In this document: positions 1 through 9,940 of the stretch, piece by piece
Numbering within the stretch: position 1 is the first letter of the stretch
How the letters are laid out: every line of letters begins with the position of its first letter
Assembly (NCBI GenBank): GCA_903887415.1
Contig: CAISPO010000001.1
Coordinates: 48,728 to 112,727 of the forward strand
Origin: an uncultured Bacteroidota bacterium
GTDB lineage: Bacteria; Bacteroidota; Bacteroidia; Chitinophagales; Chitinophagaceae
Direction: 5' to 3'
DNA: 64,000 nucleotides
The notes under the pieces: generated by a model
Seen by the model: the letters and a program-made list of their open reading frames with translations, nothing else
What the model was told of the DNA's origin: nothing
Database searches by the model: none
Made by a program: the position numbers and the translations under genes

Positions 1-1
1 A

Positions 2-1129
2 GTGGACATCATTACCCAGCACCACCTCGGTTACCTGGTTACCAAGTCCACACCTGACATTACCTGCTACGGAGTGTATGCGCTGAACCTGGAGAATAAC
101 AACATTGAGAAGATACTCGCCCGCTGCACGCTTATGGCTTCAGGTGGGGTGGGGCAGGTCTATCGCACTACTACTAACCCGCGCATAGCCACCGGCGATG
201 GCATAGCGATGGCCTACCGTGCCAAGGGGCGTATAGAGAATATGGAGTTCATACAGTTTCATCCTACAGCATTGTACGAGGCAGGTATCAGCCCGTCTTT
301 CCTCATCACGGAGGCGGTGCGCGGCGATGGCGGCATACTGCGCAATAAGGATGGCGAGGCCTTCATGCCGGGCTATGATGCCCGTGCCGACCTTGCCCCG
401 CGCGATGTTGTGGCTCGTGCCATAGACAGCGAAATGAAGCGCACCGGTACAGAGCATGTGTACCTGGATTGCCGCGCTATGGACAAAGAAAAGTTCCTGT
501 CGCACTTTCCTAATATTTATGCCAAGTGCAAGGGCATAGGCATAGATGTAATGGAGCAGATGATACCTGTAGCGCCGGCAGCGCACTACTGCTGCGGCGG
601 TATCAAGGTAAATGAAACCGGCCAGTCGTCCGTGATAAACCTGTATGCCTGCGGCGAGTGTTCCAGTACGGGGCTGCATGGGGCCAACCGGCTTGCGTCC
701 AATTCGCTGTTAGAAGCATTGGTTTTCGCGCACCGGTGTGCGGAGGATATGGCGCTGCGCATCAATTATATTGAGCTTAAAGAAGATGTGCCCGACTGGA
801 ACGCATCTGGCACCAACGACCCGAAGGAAATGATCCTCATCACGCAGAGCCTGAAGGAGCTGCAGCAGATAATGAGTGATTATGTAGGTATAGTGCGCAA
901 CGATGTGCGCCTGCACCGTGCCATGAGCCGCATAGACCTGATACACAACGAGACTGAAGAATTGTACAAAACAACCACACTCTCGCCGCAGCTTTGTGAG
1001 CTACGCAACCTCATCACAATCGGCTACCTGATCGTGAAGGGCGCTCAATTCCGCAAAGAGAGCCGTGGCCTGCACTTTAATACTGATTATCCATATAAGA
1101 GTGATATCGTGCAGCAGGTGGTGTTATAG
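2..1129 (+). CDS. nadB: L-aspartate oxidase (5' truncated by window edge)
   Basis: Motifs TTNPRIATGDG, EFIQFHPT, EAVRG, HYCCGG, GLHGANRLASNSLLE and a C-terminal RKESRGLH are typical of NadB. Confidence 0.95.
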   Translation: MDIITQHHLGYLVTKSTPDITCYGVYALNLENNNIEKILARCTLMASGGVGQVYRTTTNPRIATGDGIAMAYRAKGRIENMEFIQFHPTALYEAGISPSFLITEAVRGDGGILRNKDGEAFMPGYDARADLAPRDVVARAIDSEMKRTGTEHVYLDCRAMDKEKFLSHFPNIYAKCKGIGIDVMEQMIPVAPAAHYCCGGIKVNETGQSSVINLYACGECSSTGLHGANRLASNSLLEALVFAHRCAEDMALRINYIELKEDVPDWNASGTNDPKEMILITQSLKELQQIMSDYVGIVRNDVRLHRAMSRIDLIHNETEELYKTTTLSPQLCELRNLITIGYLIVKGAQFRKESRGLHFNTDYPYKSDIVQQVVL

Positions 1130-1132
1130 CTC

Positions 1133-1158
1133 ACCCCCCAACCCCCTAAAGGGGGCTT
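1133..1158. repeat. REP-like palindrome (cccctaaagggg class) after nadB stop
   Basis: caccccccaaccccctaaagggggct; related copies near 15307, 18443, 18542 and 55713. Confidence 0.65.
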
Positions 1159-1284
1159 AGCTTGTGGTTATGCTTTTGTCAGTAGGTTTTCAAGGTTGCG
1201 TTAGCATCAATTTGCTTATTTTTGCACCAGGTAAACGTTTTTTTGAATGATCTGATCAAAATTTCCTGGCAAAAATAAAAGTTT

Positions 1285-1488
1285 ATGCTCACAGTACATC
1301 CGCAATATATTACAGACACGGCAGGCAAGAAGATGGTCATGATTCCTGAAAGTGAATTTAATACAATAATGGAAGAGCTCGAAGCCCTTGATGATGTTCG
1401 TTTATTTGATGAGGCAAAAAAGGAAGATGATGGGGAAAGGATTCTTTTTTCAGACTATCTAAAAGAGCGTAAGGCAAAGAATAGCTAA
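1285..1488 (+). CDS. Type II antitoxin (small acidic protein, partner of RelE-type toxin)
   Basis: 67-aa acidic protein overlapping the downstream RelE-like gene; classic antitoxin-toxin arrangement. Confidence 0.75.
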   Translation: MLTVHPQYITDTAGKKMVMIPESEFNTIMEELEALDDVRLFDEAKKEDDGERILFSDYLKERKAKNS

Positions 1489-1738
1489 ATACGTCGTTTC
1501 AATAACTAAAAAAGCGAAAAAGCAATTGGATAAAATTGCCGATGATTTTGCAGAGCCAATATTTGATGCCATTAATAAACTTGAAGACAATCCAAGGCCG
1601 CATGGCGTTTTGAAACTAAAAGGTCGGAGTGGTTACCGTATACGTGTTGGCGACTATCGCATTATTTACGAAATATTTGATGAAGTGCTCCTCGTTGATA
1701 TCGTTGAACTCGGAAACAGAAAAGATGTGTACCGATAG
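1481..1738 (+). CDS. relE: RelE/ParE family toxin; start is either ATA at 1481 or TTG at 1526
   Basis: Frame open from 1463. Reads (I)AKYVVSITKKAKKQLDK...PRPHGVLKLKGRSGYRIRVGDYRIIYEI...NRKDVYR, the RelE/StbE signature. Confidence 0.85.
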   Translation: MAKYVVSITKKAKKQLDKIADDFAEPIFDAINKLEDNPRPHGVLKLKGRSGYRIRVGDYRIIYEIFDEVLLVDIVELGNRKDVYR

Positions 1739-1821
1739 AGGATATATAATAGTGGTAGGAAGGGTAGCACTATCCCAAATGAGGTGATGCAACGGAAAAC
1801 ATATTCACAAGCTAAGCCCTT

Positions 1822-3159
1822 TTAGGGAGTCGGAGGTGGTTCGTTAATCGTCAGCTTCACCCGTTGGATGCGCATCTTTTCTACGGCCAGCACCGTAAAC
1901 TCGTATTGCTGGTAACGGATGGTTTCATTCACCGCAGCAAACTTGCCGGATATTTCGATGATGAGGCCTGCTAATGAATCACTTTCTCCGCGGGCTGTAT
2001 CGAAGGTGTCGGAGGGTACGCCTATTACCCGGCACACATCATTGATTAGCGTTTTGCCCTCGAAGATGAAATTATGATCGTCTATTTTTTTGTAGTTGAG
2101 GTCTTCCTCGTCAAATTCATCCTTTATATCGCCAATGATCTCTTCCATGATGTCTTCCAGCGTAATGATGCCTGAAGTGCCACCAAACTCATCAACAACG
2201 ATCGCGAAGTGCATGCGCTTTTGCTGGAATTCCTTGAGGAGGTCTTCTATCAGTTTGCCTTCATGCACAAAGTAGGCAGGGCGTATCAGGGTGTGCCAGT
2301 TGAACGTGTCTGATTCTATGTGCGGCAGGAAGTCTTTGGTGTACATGATGCCGGCCACTTTGTCCAAGCTCTCCTTATACACGGGCAGCCGCGAGTATCC
2401 GGCGTCAAGGCAGTAGTTTCGCACTTCCACGAAGTCCATGTCATAGTCAATGGCGCTCACATCCAGGCGGGTACGCATTACCTGGCGGGCGGTGATATTC
2501 CCGAATTTGAGTATGCCCTTAAATATGTTCACCTCCTCTCGGGTCGCAGTGTGACCAACCGTTAGTTCTATGGCATGTTCAAAATCTTCACTGCTGATGT
2601 TTGCCGTTTTAGAGCCAATCTTGCCCTCTATGAAGCTGGTGGAATTTACCAGCATGCGGCTTATGGGGTTAAATACACTTAACAGGACCCGGACAAAAGG
2701 AGCCGAGAACAGCGCCATGCGCAGGTTGTTCTGGCTGGCATAAACTTTGGGAAGCACCTCACCAAAAAGTACCAGCAAAAATGTAACACTCACCACCTGT
2801 ATCAGGAAGGAGACGACATGGTTCAACGGGTGCGGCAATATGGAAACAACAAATACATTGGTAGTAATAACTATGGCGATGTTGATAAAATTATTAGCTA
2901 CAAGTATTGTGGCCAGCAGCATTTTAGGCTGCTCCAGCAACTGCGACGCAATACGGGCACTTTGTTTCTCCTTTGTTTTTAAGAAATAAATATCCTTTGC
3001 CGACAACGAAAAGTAAGCAGTCTCTGCTCCGGCTATGATCGCAGACATCAGCAGGAGGAGGAGAATGGCAATGATGAGTATAGTAGCATTTGACGCATCG
3101 ATTGATGATGCCTGTAGCAATAAAGATGTAAGATGCGTATCGCCTTCGGTACTTTCCAA
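1822..3159 (-). CDS. gldE: Gliding motility-associated protein GldE (CNNM/DUF21 + CBS + CorC domains)
   Basis: AETAYFSL, LLATILVANNFINI, FGEVLPK, CBS pair with VDEFGGTSGIITLEDIMEEIIGDI, CorC C-terminus; located downstream of ssb as in Bacteroidota. Confidence 0.88.
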   Translation of the reverse strand: MESTEGDTHLTSLLLQASSIDASNATILIIAILLLLLMSAIIAGAETAYFSLSAKDIYFLKTKEKQSARIASQLLEQPKMLLATILVANNFINIAIVITTNVFVVSILPHPLNHVVSFLIQVVSVTFLLVLFGEVLPKVYASQNNLRMALFSAPFVRVLLSVFNPISRMLVNSTSFIEGKIGSKTANISSEDFEHAIELTVGHTATREEVNIFKGILKFGNITARQVMRTRLDVSAIDYDMDFVEVRNYCLDAGYSRLPVYKESLDKVAGIMYTKDFLPHIESDTFNWHTLIRPAYFVHEGKLIEDLLKEFQQKRMHFAIVVDEFGGTSGIITLEDIMEEIIGDIKDEFDEEDLNYKKIDDHNFIFEGKTLINDVCRVIGVPSDTFDTARGESDSLAGLIIEISGKFAAVNETIRYQQYEFTVLAVEKMRIQRVKLTINEPPPTP

Positions 3160-3251
3160 AATGCTTTATAGTTTGGTGGGTATCAAAATTAGCAAAAACC
3201 GAGAGATAACCATACTTCTCCCGTTTTTGTTAATAGATAAAAAATAAACCA

Positions 3252-3704
3252 TTAAAATGGGAGATCATCTTTAGTGATGTTGACCGGTATAGTACCATTT
3301 TCGAAATTTACATCGGGAAATACGCTGGCTTCAGGAGTGGTTGTGTCTGCAATTGGCTGGTCGGCATGTTCTTTTCGTTTGTCCAGCATCACCAGGTTGT
3401 CGCCGATTATTTCCGTGCTGAATCGACGGTTTTTATCTTTGTCCTCCCAGTTCCGTGTCCTGATGCGGCCTTCAATGAATACCAGGCTGCCTTTGTGCAG
3501 GTATTTCTGGGCGAGTTCTGCAAGTCCGCGCCAAAGTACCACGGTATGCCATTCGGTCTGTGAAACTAATGCCCCATTTTTGTCTTTATAGGTCTCAGTA
3601 GTGGCCAGCGGAAATTTTGCAACTGCTATATTTCCTTCCAGGTATTGCAGGTCTGGCTCTTTGCCCAGGTTCCCTATCAGTACAACTCGATTTACGCCCC
3701 TCAT
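3252..3704 (-). CDS. ssb: Single-stranded DNA-binding protein
   Basis: VNRVVLIGNLGKEP...TEWHTVVLWRGLAE OB fold; acidic tail DDLPF. Confidence 0.97.
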   Translation of the reverse strand: MRGVNRVVLIGNLGKEPDLQYLEGNIAVAKFPLATTETYKDKNGALVSQTEWHTVVLWRGLAELAQKYLHKGSLVFIEGRIRTRNWEDKDKNRRFSTEIIGDNLVMLDKRKEHADQPIADTTTPEASVFPDVNFENGTIPVNITKDDLPF

Positions 3705-3750
3705 AGTAGTTCCAAATTTTCAAATTGTAAATTTTATAACCGAATGACTA

Positions 3751-4818
3751 TTAAAAGTATAAATTATTTTCTAAAAAAGAAACAAGTGTCTTGGGAAAAG
3801 CGGTTTTTTTTAAGTCGTTAGTAGTCAGCCACATACCATTTAGGCTATTGATAGTTATCTTTTTTACCAGATTTATACTGAAAAAACTCGAATTTATAAG
3901 CTGATGAGTGAGCCGCTGAGTAACCCTGCCTTCATATATTATTTGGCTATACGCAATATTCAGATTTTTAAATTCAGGATTACCGGACAAAGTATTCGCA
4001 GTGAGCGGTTCTGTAGTTTCTATGAGGTAGGGTTCGTGGAGGTTTTCCCAAATGTCATTATCAGTGCGTTTGTGTATCCATATCTTCCCTTCCCACTTTA
4101 ATAACAGGTAGTTGAAATAACGGTTGCGCACAGTTTGCTTTTTACTGCGAACAGGCAGCATATCTACCAACCCACGGTGGTAGGCAACACATTTTTTTTG
4201 CAGCGGGCATTGATCGCAAAGTGGGTTGCGCGGTGTGCAGACGGTGGCCCCGAGGTCCATAATAGCCTGGTTGTAAGGAGCGCTGTTCTTTTTATCCAGG
4301 AGCTCGTGTGCCAATGCAGCAAAGGCCTTTTTCCCCTCGGTAATGTCGAAAGGCGTTTCTATTCCAAAGTAACGTGCCAGCACCCTATAGACATTGCCAT
4401 CCACCACGGCATGAGGCAGCCCGAAGGCGAATGAGGCTATTGCGGCGGCTGTATATGGGCCAATGCCTTTCAGCTCAATAAGCCCTTCATAAGTATCGGG
4501 AAATCGCCCATTGAGGTTATGACTGATGTGACGGGCGGTTGCCAGCATATTTTTACATCGGTTGTAATACCCAAGTCCCTGCCATAGCCGGAATGCCTGC
4601 TCATCGGCAGACGCCGCCATGTCTTTTATAGTAGGGTAGGCTGCTGTAAATGCAAGGTAGTAGGGTAGGCCCTGCAGCGCCCGTGTTTGCTGCAATATCA
4701 CTTCTGATAGCCATATTTTATAAGGATCTTTTTCGCTTTTCCACGGCAGGCTGCGTTGGTTTTCGGTATCATGCCAGGCTGTTAGCTGCGCGGTAAAATA
4801 TTTCTTATTAGCGTCCAT
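3751..4818 (-). CDS. mutY: A/G-specific adenine glycosylase
   Basis: PYKIWLSEVILQQT, WQGLGYY, HhH LKGIGPYTA, VDGNV, FeS cluster CTPRNPLCDQCPLQKKC; ATG at 4818 is the likely start. Confidence 0.95.
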   Translation of the reverse strand: MDANKKYFTAQLTAWHDTENQRSLPWKSEKDPYKIWLSEVILQQTRALQGLPYYLAFTAAYPTIKDMAASADEQAFRLWQGLGYYNRCKNMLATARHISHNLNGRFPDTYEGLIELKGIGPYTAAAIASFAFGLPHAVVDGNVYRVLARYFGIETPFDITEGKKAFAALAHELLDKKNSAPYNQAIMDLGATVCTPRNPLCDQCPLQKKCVAYHRGLVDMLPVRSKKQTVRNRYFNYLLLKWEGKIWIHKRTDNDIWENLHEPYLIETTEPLTANTLSGNPEFKNLNIAYSQIIYEGRVTQRLTHQLINSSFFSINLVKKITINSLNGMWLTTNDLKKTAFPKTLVSFLENNLYF

Positions 4819-4874
4819 TTGTTGTTGCAAATTAAACAACCCATAGCTGTTGTAACTACAGATTTTTGGGCGAT

Positions 4875-5702
4875 TTAAAATAAAGACATCTGCGCCGTTC
4901 CGGCAGGCGAATAATAAACTTCAGCTTCCACACTGCCGGTGGGCATATGGTAAACGGGTGTTTCTTTGTAACGCGATGCGATCACAATATCGGTATCATC
5001 GGCGTGCTCCGCAAATAACTCCAGCGCAATGTGTGGCGAGTTATTGTCCTTAGAAAGATGTGAAAGATAGAGCAGGCTGAGCCCGGGGGGCTTATGTTTT
5101 ATGAATAGTTCCAGTGCCTGCCTGTTCGATAAATGGCCCTTGTCACCGCTTATGCGCCTTTTAAGGTGAGTGGGATAACGGCCATTTTCAAGCATATCCT
5201 CATCATAATTTGCCTCTAAGAAAGCGATCTGACATTGGCTGAAATTATTGACTACGTGACTGCAGGCGCTGCCAATGTCTGTAAACACACCAACATTTAT
5301 GCCATTGTAGCTTATCAAAAAGCTGTGCGGGTCAATGGCATCATGCAGTTTTGGAAACGCAAGAACGGACATATCGCCTATGTTCACCGGAGTGTAAGCA
5401 GCGAAACTATTTACCAGATCCGTGCTGATGCGAAGCCTGCTGTGGGCAAGGGTTGCCGCAGTAATAAACAAGGGCAGTCTATGCTTGTTAGCCAGCGTTT
5501 CAGCACCGTTGATATGGTCGCCATGCTCATGGGATATGAAGATCGCTTTTACCTTGTTTATATCCAGGCCCAGCCGTTTCATTCTTTTTTCTGTCTCCCT
5601 GCAGGATATGCCCGCATCTATCAGCACAGCATCCGTATCATTACCTATGTAATAACAGTTGCCGTTACTGCCAGAATTGAGCGATGCAATGAAAAGAGAC
5701 AT
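4875..5702 (-). CDS. MBL-fold metallo-hydrolase (YycJ/WalJ-like)
   Basis: SGSNGN, IDAG, SHEHGDH metal motif, HDAIDP, TDIG, LEANYD, GHLSN; C-terminal QMSLF. Confidence 0.9.
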   Translation of the reverse strand: MSLFIASLNSGSNGNCYYIGNDTDAVLIDAGISCRETEKRMKRLGLDINKVKAIFISHEHGDHINGAETLANKHRLPLFITAATLAHSRLRISTDLVNSFAAYTPVNIGDMSVLAFPKLHDAIDPHSFLISYNGINVGVFTDIGSACSHVVNNFSQCQIAFLEANYDEDMLENGRYPTHLKRRISGDKGHLSNRQALELFIKHKPPGLSLLYLSHLSKDNNSPHIALELFAEHADDTDIVIASRYKETPVYHMPTGSVEAEVYYSPAGTAQMSLF

Positions 5703-5824
5703 GAACTACAAAAATAACGGAATTGATAACGGCAGTAAATATGATTTTTATTTAAAAGCATATAGGTTTGCTACGTGTGCGATTTTTTATAACTTTATAC
5801 TGTACAACAAACGTACAGCTTGCC

Positions 5825-6022
5825 ATGACTCTGATAGCGATAATATTTCCCTCCCTGTCTTTTTTGCTTCGCGGCAGAATACTCAGATTTATTATATGCT
5901 TGGTCTTGCAATGTACGCTTATCGGTTGGCTGCCTGCGGCAATATGGGCAGTGATAGACCTTCAAAACAGCAGGGCTGACCGAAGGACCCGCCGCATCGT
6001 GAGGGCAATGAGACATGCCTGA
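5825..6022 (+). CDS. YqaE/Pmp3 family small membrane protein
   Basis: MTLIAIIFPSLSFLLRGRILRFIICLVLQCTLIGWLPAAIWA, the Pmp3 pattern (GWxPxxIWA). Confidence 0.85.
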   Translation: MTLIAIIFPSLSFLLRGRILRFIICLVLQCTLIGWLPAAIWAVIDLQNSRADRRTRRIVRAMRHA

Positions 6023-6134
6023 ATAGATAAACACAAGATAACCATCGCCCCTTATTTATATTGTCATTTAGTTGATGCATAGGTTTGTATGCTTCAGTTA
6101 TTTTTTATTACTATTGCGTTTCAAAACTATTCTT

Positions 6135-7016
6135 ATGAAATTCAGAGTTACTTTATTGTCGTTTATTTTTCTTATCCCTGTTTTCTCTTTCGCACAGCCC
6201 GGCCAGCGCTATGAGCAAGGCCGCGGCAGGGACCACGAATCCAGTACCCTTTCTGTTTTTTCAGAAAATGGTGAGCAGTTTTTCCTGGTGCTTAATGGCA
6301 TTAATCAAAATAATGTACCACAATCCAGGATCAGGGTTGAAGGCTTGCCGGAATACGGGAATGATGTGCAGATCGTCTTTGCTGATAACCGCACACCGGC
6401 CATCAGGAAAAATATAAATATTGCAGACCCTGTGGATGGGCGGGAAGTGAATATGACCTTAAAAATTGTAAGAGACAGGGACGGGTATGCAAAATTAAAA
6501 TTTCAGAAGTGTTCGGAAGTAGATCATAACTACCATCCCCCGCATGATGAATATGTAATGAGCTATGGCAAGCCGCAACAGACGAACACAGTAACTGAAA
6601 CTACTTATACCGACCCCAATACAGGGCAGGTGATAACGCAAACTACAACGACTACCACCAACGAAAACGGTTACAACAGGCGTAATGATGCGCCGCCATC
6701 GCCGCCCCCACCGCCTGCTCCTGTCGCCATGGATCCGCAGACTTTTCGCGACGCAAAACAAAGTATTTCCAGTGCGTCTTTCGAGGATACAAAATTGTCC
6801 ACAGCTAAAACAATTGTTGGTAGCAATTTTGTGAATACTGCGCAGGTAATGGAAATTTGCAGGCTCTTCTCATTTGAAGATTCTAAAGTCGCTTTCGCGA
6901 AATTTGCCTACAGCAGAACCGTTGACCAAAACAATTTCTACAAAGTCAGCGGCGTTTTCGATTTCGATTCAAACAAGCAGGCGCTTAATCAGTTCATCAG
7001 TAACGGCGGGCGATAA
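6135..7016 (+). CDS. Secreted DUF4476-domain protein
   Basis: Signal peptide; Thr-rich and Pro-rich linker; C-terminal SFEDTKLSTAK...FSFEDSKVAFAKFAY...VDQNNFY as in DUF4476. Confidence 0.75.
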   Translation: MKFRVTLLSFIFLIPVFSFAQPGQRYEQGRGRDHESSTLSVFSENGEQFFLVLNGINQNNVPQSRIRVEGLPEYGNDVQIVFADNRTPAIRKNINIADPVDGREVNMTLKIVRDRDGYAKLKFQKCSEVDHNYHPPHDEYVMSYGKPQQTNTVTETTYTDPNTGQVITQTTTTTTNENGYNRRNDAPPSPPPPPAPVAMDPQTFRDAKQSISSASFEDTKLSTAKTIVGSNFVNTAQVMEICRLFSFEDSKVAFAKFAYSRTVDQNNFYKVSGVFDFDSNKQALNQFISNGGR

Positions 7017-7172
7017 CCACCAGCCAAAGCCTTTCCACTGCAAACTTACTGAACCTCGTTTTATAGGCTGGCGGCTTATTGTGCCGTGAAAATTCAATTT
7101 TCTGTACTTTTAGCAGGCCTTGGCATATCCGCGGCGAACTGAATTCTATTTTTTCGACTTTTTGATTTTTTA

Positions 7173-7934
7173 ATGTACCCACTTATACAAGAGATAATCA
7201 AGGACCCGCTAGCTACTTTACTGATCATCGGTAACCTTGTACTTATAGAAAGCCTGCTTTCGGTGGATAATGCCGCTGTTCTGGCCACTATGGTTATGGA
7301 TCTTTCTCCGCGCGACAGGAAACGTGCTTTAAAGTATGGGATATTTGGTGCATATTTTTTCAGGGGCGCTTGCCTGGTATTTGCTTCGTTCCTGATCAAG
7401 GTTTGGTGGCTGAAAGCTGTGGGCGGCCTCTACCTTTTATTCCTGGTATGGAAGTGGCTCAGAAGTAAACTGCAGAAAAAAGGGCAGGAGCAGCACGTAA
7501 GCAAGGAAAGAAGCCGGTTATATCAATTAACCGTTGGCAGGCTCGGTATCTTTTGGGCTACTGTTGTTTCCGTAGAGCTGATGGACCTTGCTTTTTCCAT
7601 GGACAATGTATTTGCTGCCGTTGCCTTTTCCAGCAATATACTCATCATCCTTTGCGGTGTATTTATAGGCATACTTGCTATGCGTTTTGTAGCGCAGGGG
7701 TTCGTGAAATTGATGGAACACTATCCGTTCCTCGAGGCTTGCGCATATGCTGTCATCGGTATTCTTGGCATCAAGCTGTCATTATCGCTTTATCAGCACT
7801 TTTATCCGATTTCGCCGCTTAGTGGTGTATTAAACAGCCCTCACATGGATTGGGGTACATCGGCGCTTACGATCTGTATTTTTTTTATACCCGTTATTAC
7901 AAGCCTTTTATTTAATTTCCCTAAGAGAAAGTAA
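7173..7934 (+). CDS. TerC/Alx (YkoY-like) membrane protein
   Basis: ESLLSVDNAAV, DLAFSMDNVFAAVA and GVFIGILAMR motifs. Confidence 0.92.
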   Translation: MYPLIQEIIKDPLATLLIIGNLVLIESLLSVDNAAVLATMVMDLSPRDRKRALKYGIFGAYFFRGACLVFASFLIKVWWLKAVGGLYLLFLVWKWLRSKLQKKGQEQHVSKERSRLYQLTVGRLGIFWATVVSVELMDLAFSMDNVFAAVAFSSNILIILCGVFIGILAMRFVAQGFVKLMEHYPFLEACAYAVIGILGIKLSLSLYQHFYPISPLSGVLNSPHMDWGTSALTICIFFIPVITSLLFNFPKRK

Positions 7935-7948
7935 CACATTGTATTGTT

Positions 7949-8407
7949 TTATACTGTTTTTTTTAAGCCGGTCTGCTCATTTTTGCTTCTTATTGCGACG
8001 GTTAACCTGCTCACGCAAATTAATTTTTCCTGCTCGTTACGTATTTTTATGTCCCATACGTGAGTTGTTGAACCCACATGCAATGGCGTAACGGTGGCAG
8101 TAACAATGCCGCTTTTTTTCGCCCTAACGTGGTTGCAATTTATTTCTATTCCCACACAGATCTGATGGTCCGTGTCAATGACCATCCAGGAGGCCACACT
8201 ACCTATGGTTTCCGCTAGCACAGCGGACGCGCCGCCATGAAGTAGCCCATAGGGCTGATGTGTTTTTGGCCCAACCGGCATTGTTGCTTGCAAAAAATCA
8301 GGGCCAATTTCCGTGAATTTTATGTCAAGAAATTCTGCCATTGTATTAACAGAAATACTGTTAATGATTTCGGTAGAGGCGGCTTTGGCGTTCCATAGTA
8401 CATTCAT
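7949..8407 (-). CDS. Hotdog-fold thioesterase (PaaI/MenI-like)
   Basis: QPYGLLHGGASAVLAETIGS, VGIEINCNH. Confidence 0.9.
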   Translation of the reverse strand: MNVLWNAKAASTEIINSISVNTMAEFLDIKFTEIGPDFLQATMPVGPKTHQPYGLLHGGASAVLAETIGSVASWMVIDTDHQICVGIEINCNHVRAKKSGIVTATVTPLHVGSTTHVWDIKIRNEQEKLICVSRLTVAIRSKNEQTGLKKTV

Positions 8408-8525
8408 TTTATTAAGTATTTAATGAATTGATTAAAAATATAGGTAAAAAGCGTTATGAAATTACTAAGATATACTATTAACTTTGGAAAAGATTACTTT
8501 CTTTTTACATTTTTTTGACATAAGT

Positions 8526-9854
8526 ATGCAAACAATATTGATTGCCGGAGCCGGTAAATCATCAATTTATCTTATTCAATATCTTCTCACACATGCTTCG
8601 CGCAATAAGTGGAAGGTCATCGTAGCAGATGGCGATGAAAATGCTATTGCTGAAAAGATAAAGAAAAGTCCGTATGCTGAGGCTGCGGTAATTGATATTT
8701 CAAAAGCATCAGACAGGGAGCCGCTGGTGAAGCGCGCTGATATTGTCATTTCTTTGATGCCACCGCATCTTCATATCCATCTTGCCAAAGACTGCCTCAA
8801 ACATAAGAAAAATCTTATTACCTCATCTTATATTTCTGATGAGATGAAGGCGATGGATAAGGCTGTAAAAGAAGCAGGGCTTATGTTCATGTGCGAGATG
8901 GGCCTGGACCCGGGAATTGATCACATGACCGCAAATAAAATAATTCATAGCATACATCGTGTTGCTGGGTCCATAATCAGTTTTAAGTCATACTGCGGGG
9001 GGCTGATTGCGCCGGAGAGCGATAATAACCCCTGGCATTATAAATTTAGCTGGAACCCTAAAAATGTGATCACAGCAGGTATTGGCGGTGCCAGGTACCT
9101 GAGTGCAGGCAAGCAGGTGGATGTGCCCTATGAAAAAATGTTTGAGCATAACAAAAAGGTAAAAGTTGGCGACCTGGGTATGCTGGCTTACTATCCTAAT
9201 CGCGATTCGCTTCGCTACCCGGAGATCTATGATGTGCCGGATGTTAAGACATTCCTGCGGGCCACATTGCGCTATCCATCGTTCTGCAAGGGCTGGAATG
9301 CGCTCATAGTGCTGGGCCTTACTGCGCAGGATGATTCATTTGATACGAAGGGGCATACTTATGCGTCCTGGGTAAAAAGTAAAACAGGGCAAAAGGACAA
9401 AACACCAATTCAGCAATTTGTTGCCAAAAAACTGGGTGTGGATGAAGATGATAAAGTAATAGCTATGCTGCAATGGCTGGGCCTTTTTGAAGAAATATCA
9501 TTAAAGCCCGGGAAATATTCCTCCGCGGACATACTGCTGGAATTGCTGCTGGACAAATGGAAGATGGCTTCCATTGAAAAAGATATGGTGGCCATGCAGC
9601 ATGAAATAGAGTACATGCACAAGGATAAAAAGATAAAGCTGACGAGCACTATGGTGATAAAAGGCGAGAACAGGGAATATTCAGCCATGGCGCAGACGGT
9701 TGGCTTGCCCATAGGTATCCTGGCGCGCATGGTGCTGACTAAGAAGGTAAAACCACCAACAGGCGTAGTATTGCCTATTATGGCGTCAATATACCGTCCT
9801 GTGCTTACTGAACTCGCACATCACGGTATTGTTTTTACGGACGAGGTGGAATGA
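8526..9854 (+). CDS. Saccharopine dehydrogenase family protein
   Basis: ILIAGAGKS Rossmann motif, EMGLDPGIDHM, SYCGGL, YKFSWNP, TLRYP, AMAQTVGLP. Confidence 0.9.
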   Translation: MQTILIAGAGKSSIYLIQYLLTHASRNKWKVIVADGDENAIAEKIKKSPYAEAAVIDISKASDREPLVKRADIVISLMPPHLHIHLAKDCLKHKKNLITSSYISDEMKAMDKAVKEAGLMFMCEMGLDPGIDHMTANKIIHSIHRVAGSIISFKSYCGGLIAPESDNNPWHYKFSWNPKNVITAGIGGARYLSAGKQVDVPYEKMFEHNKKVKVGDLGMLAYYPNRDSLRYPEIYDVPDVKTFLRATLRYPSFCKGWNALIVLGLTAQDDSFDTKGHTYASWVKSKTGQKDKTPIQQFVAKKLGVDEDDKVIAMLQWLGLFEEISLKPGKYSSADILLELLLDKWKMASIEKDMVAMQHEIEYMHKDKKIKLTSTMVIKGENREYSAMAQTVGLPIGILARMVLTKKVKPPTGVVLPIMASIYRPVLTELAHHGIVFTDEVE

Positions 9855-9940
9855 GATTAATTTGAAAATATGCAAATTTGAATTTGAAAATGCCCTGGTT
9901 AAATCAGGTATGTGGTCTATTTGCACATTATCCAAATTTT

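Noticed and set aside
7022-7076. Weak resemblance (GCCAAA...CTGCAA...AGGC) to the sRNA at 55626
   Set aside because: Stems are poor and there is no promoter or terminator; likely chance.
7017-7172. yybP-ykoY manganese riboswitch expected upstream of the TerC gene
   Set aside because: Only an agcaggcctt fragment resembles the consensus; the GGGGAGUA element and supporting stems are not visible.
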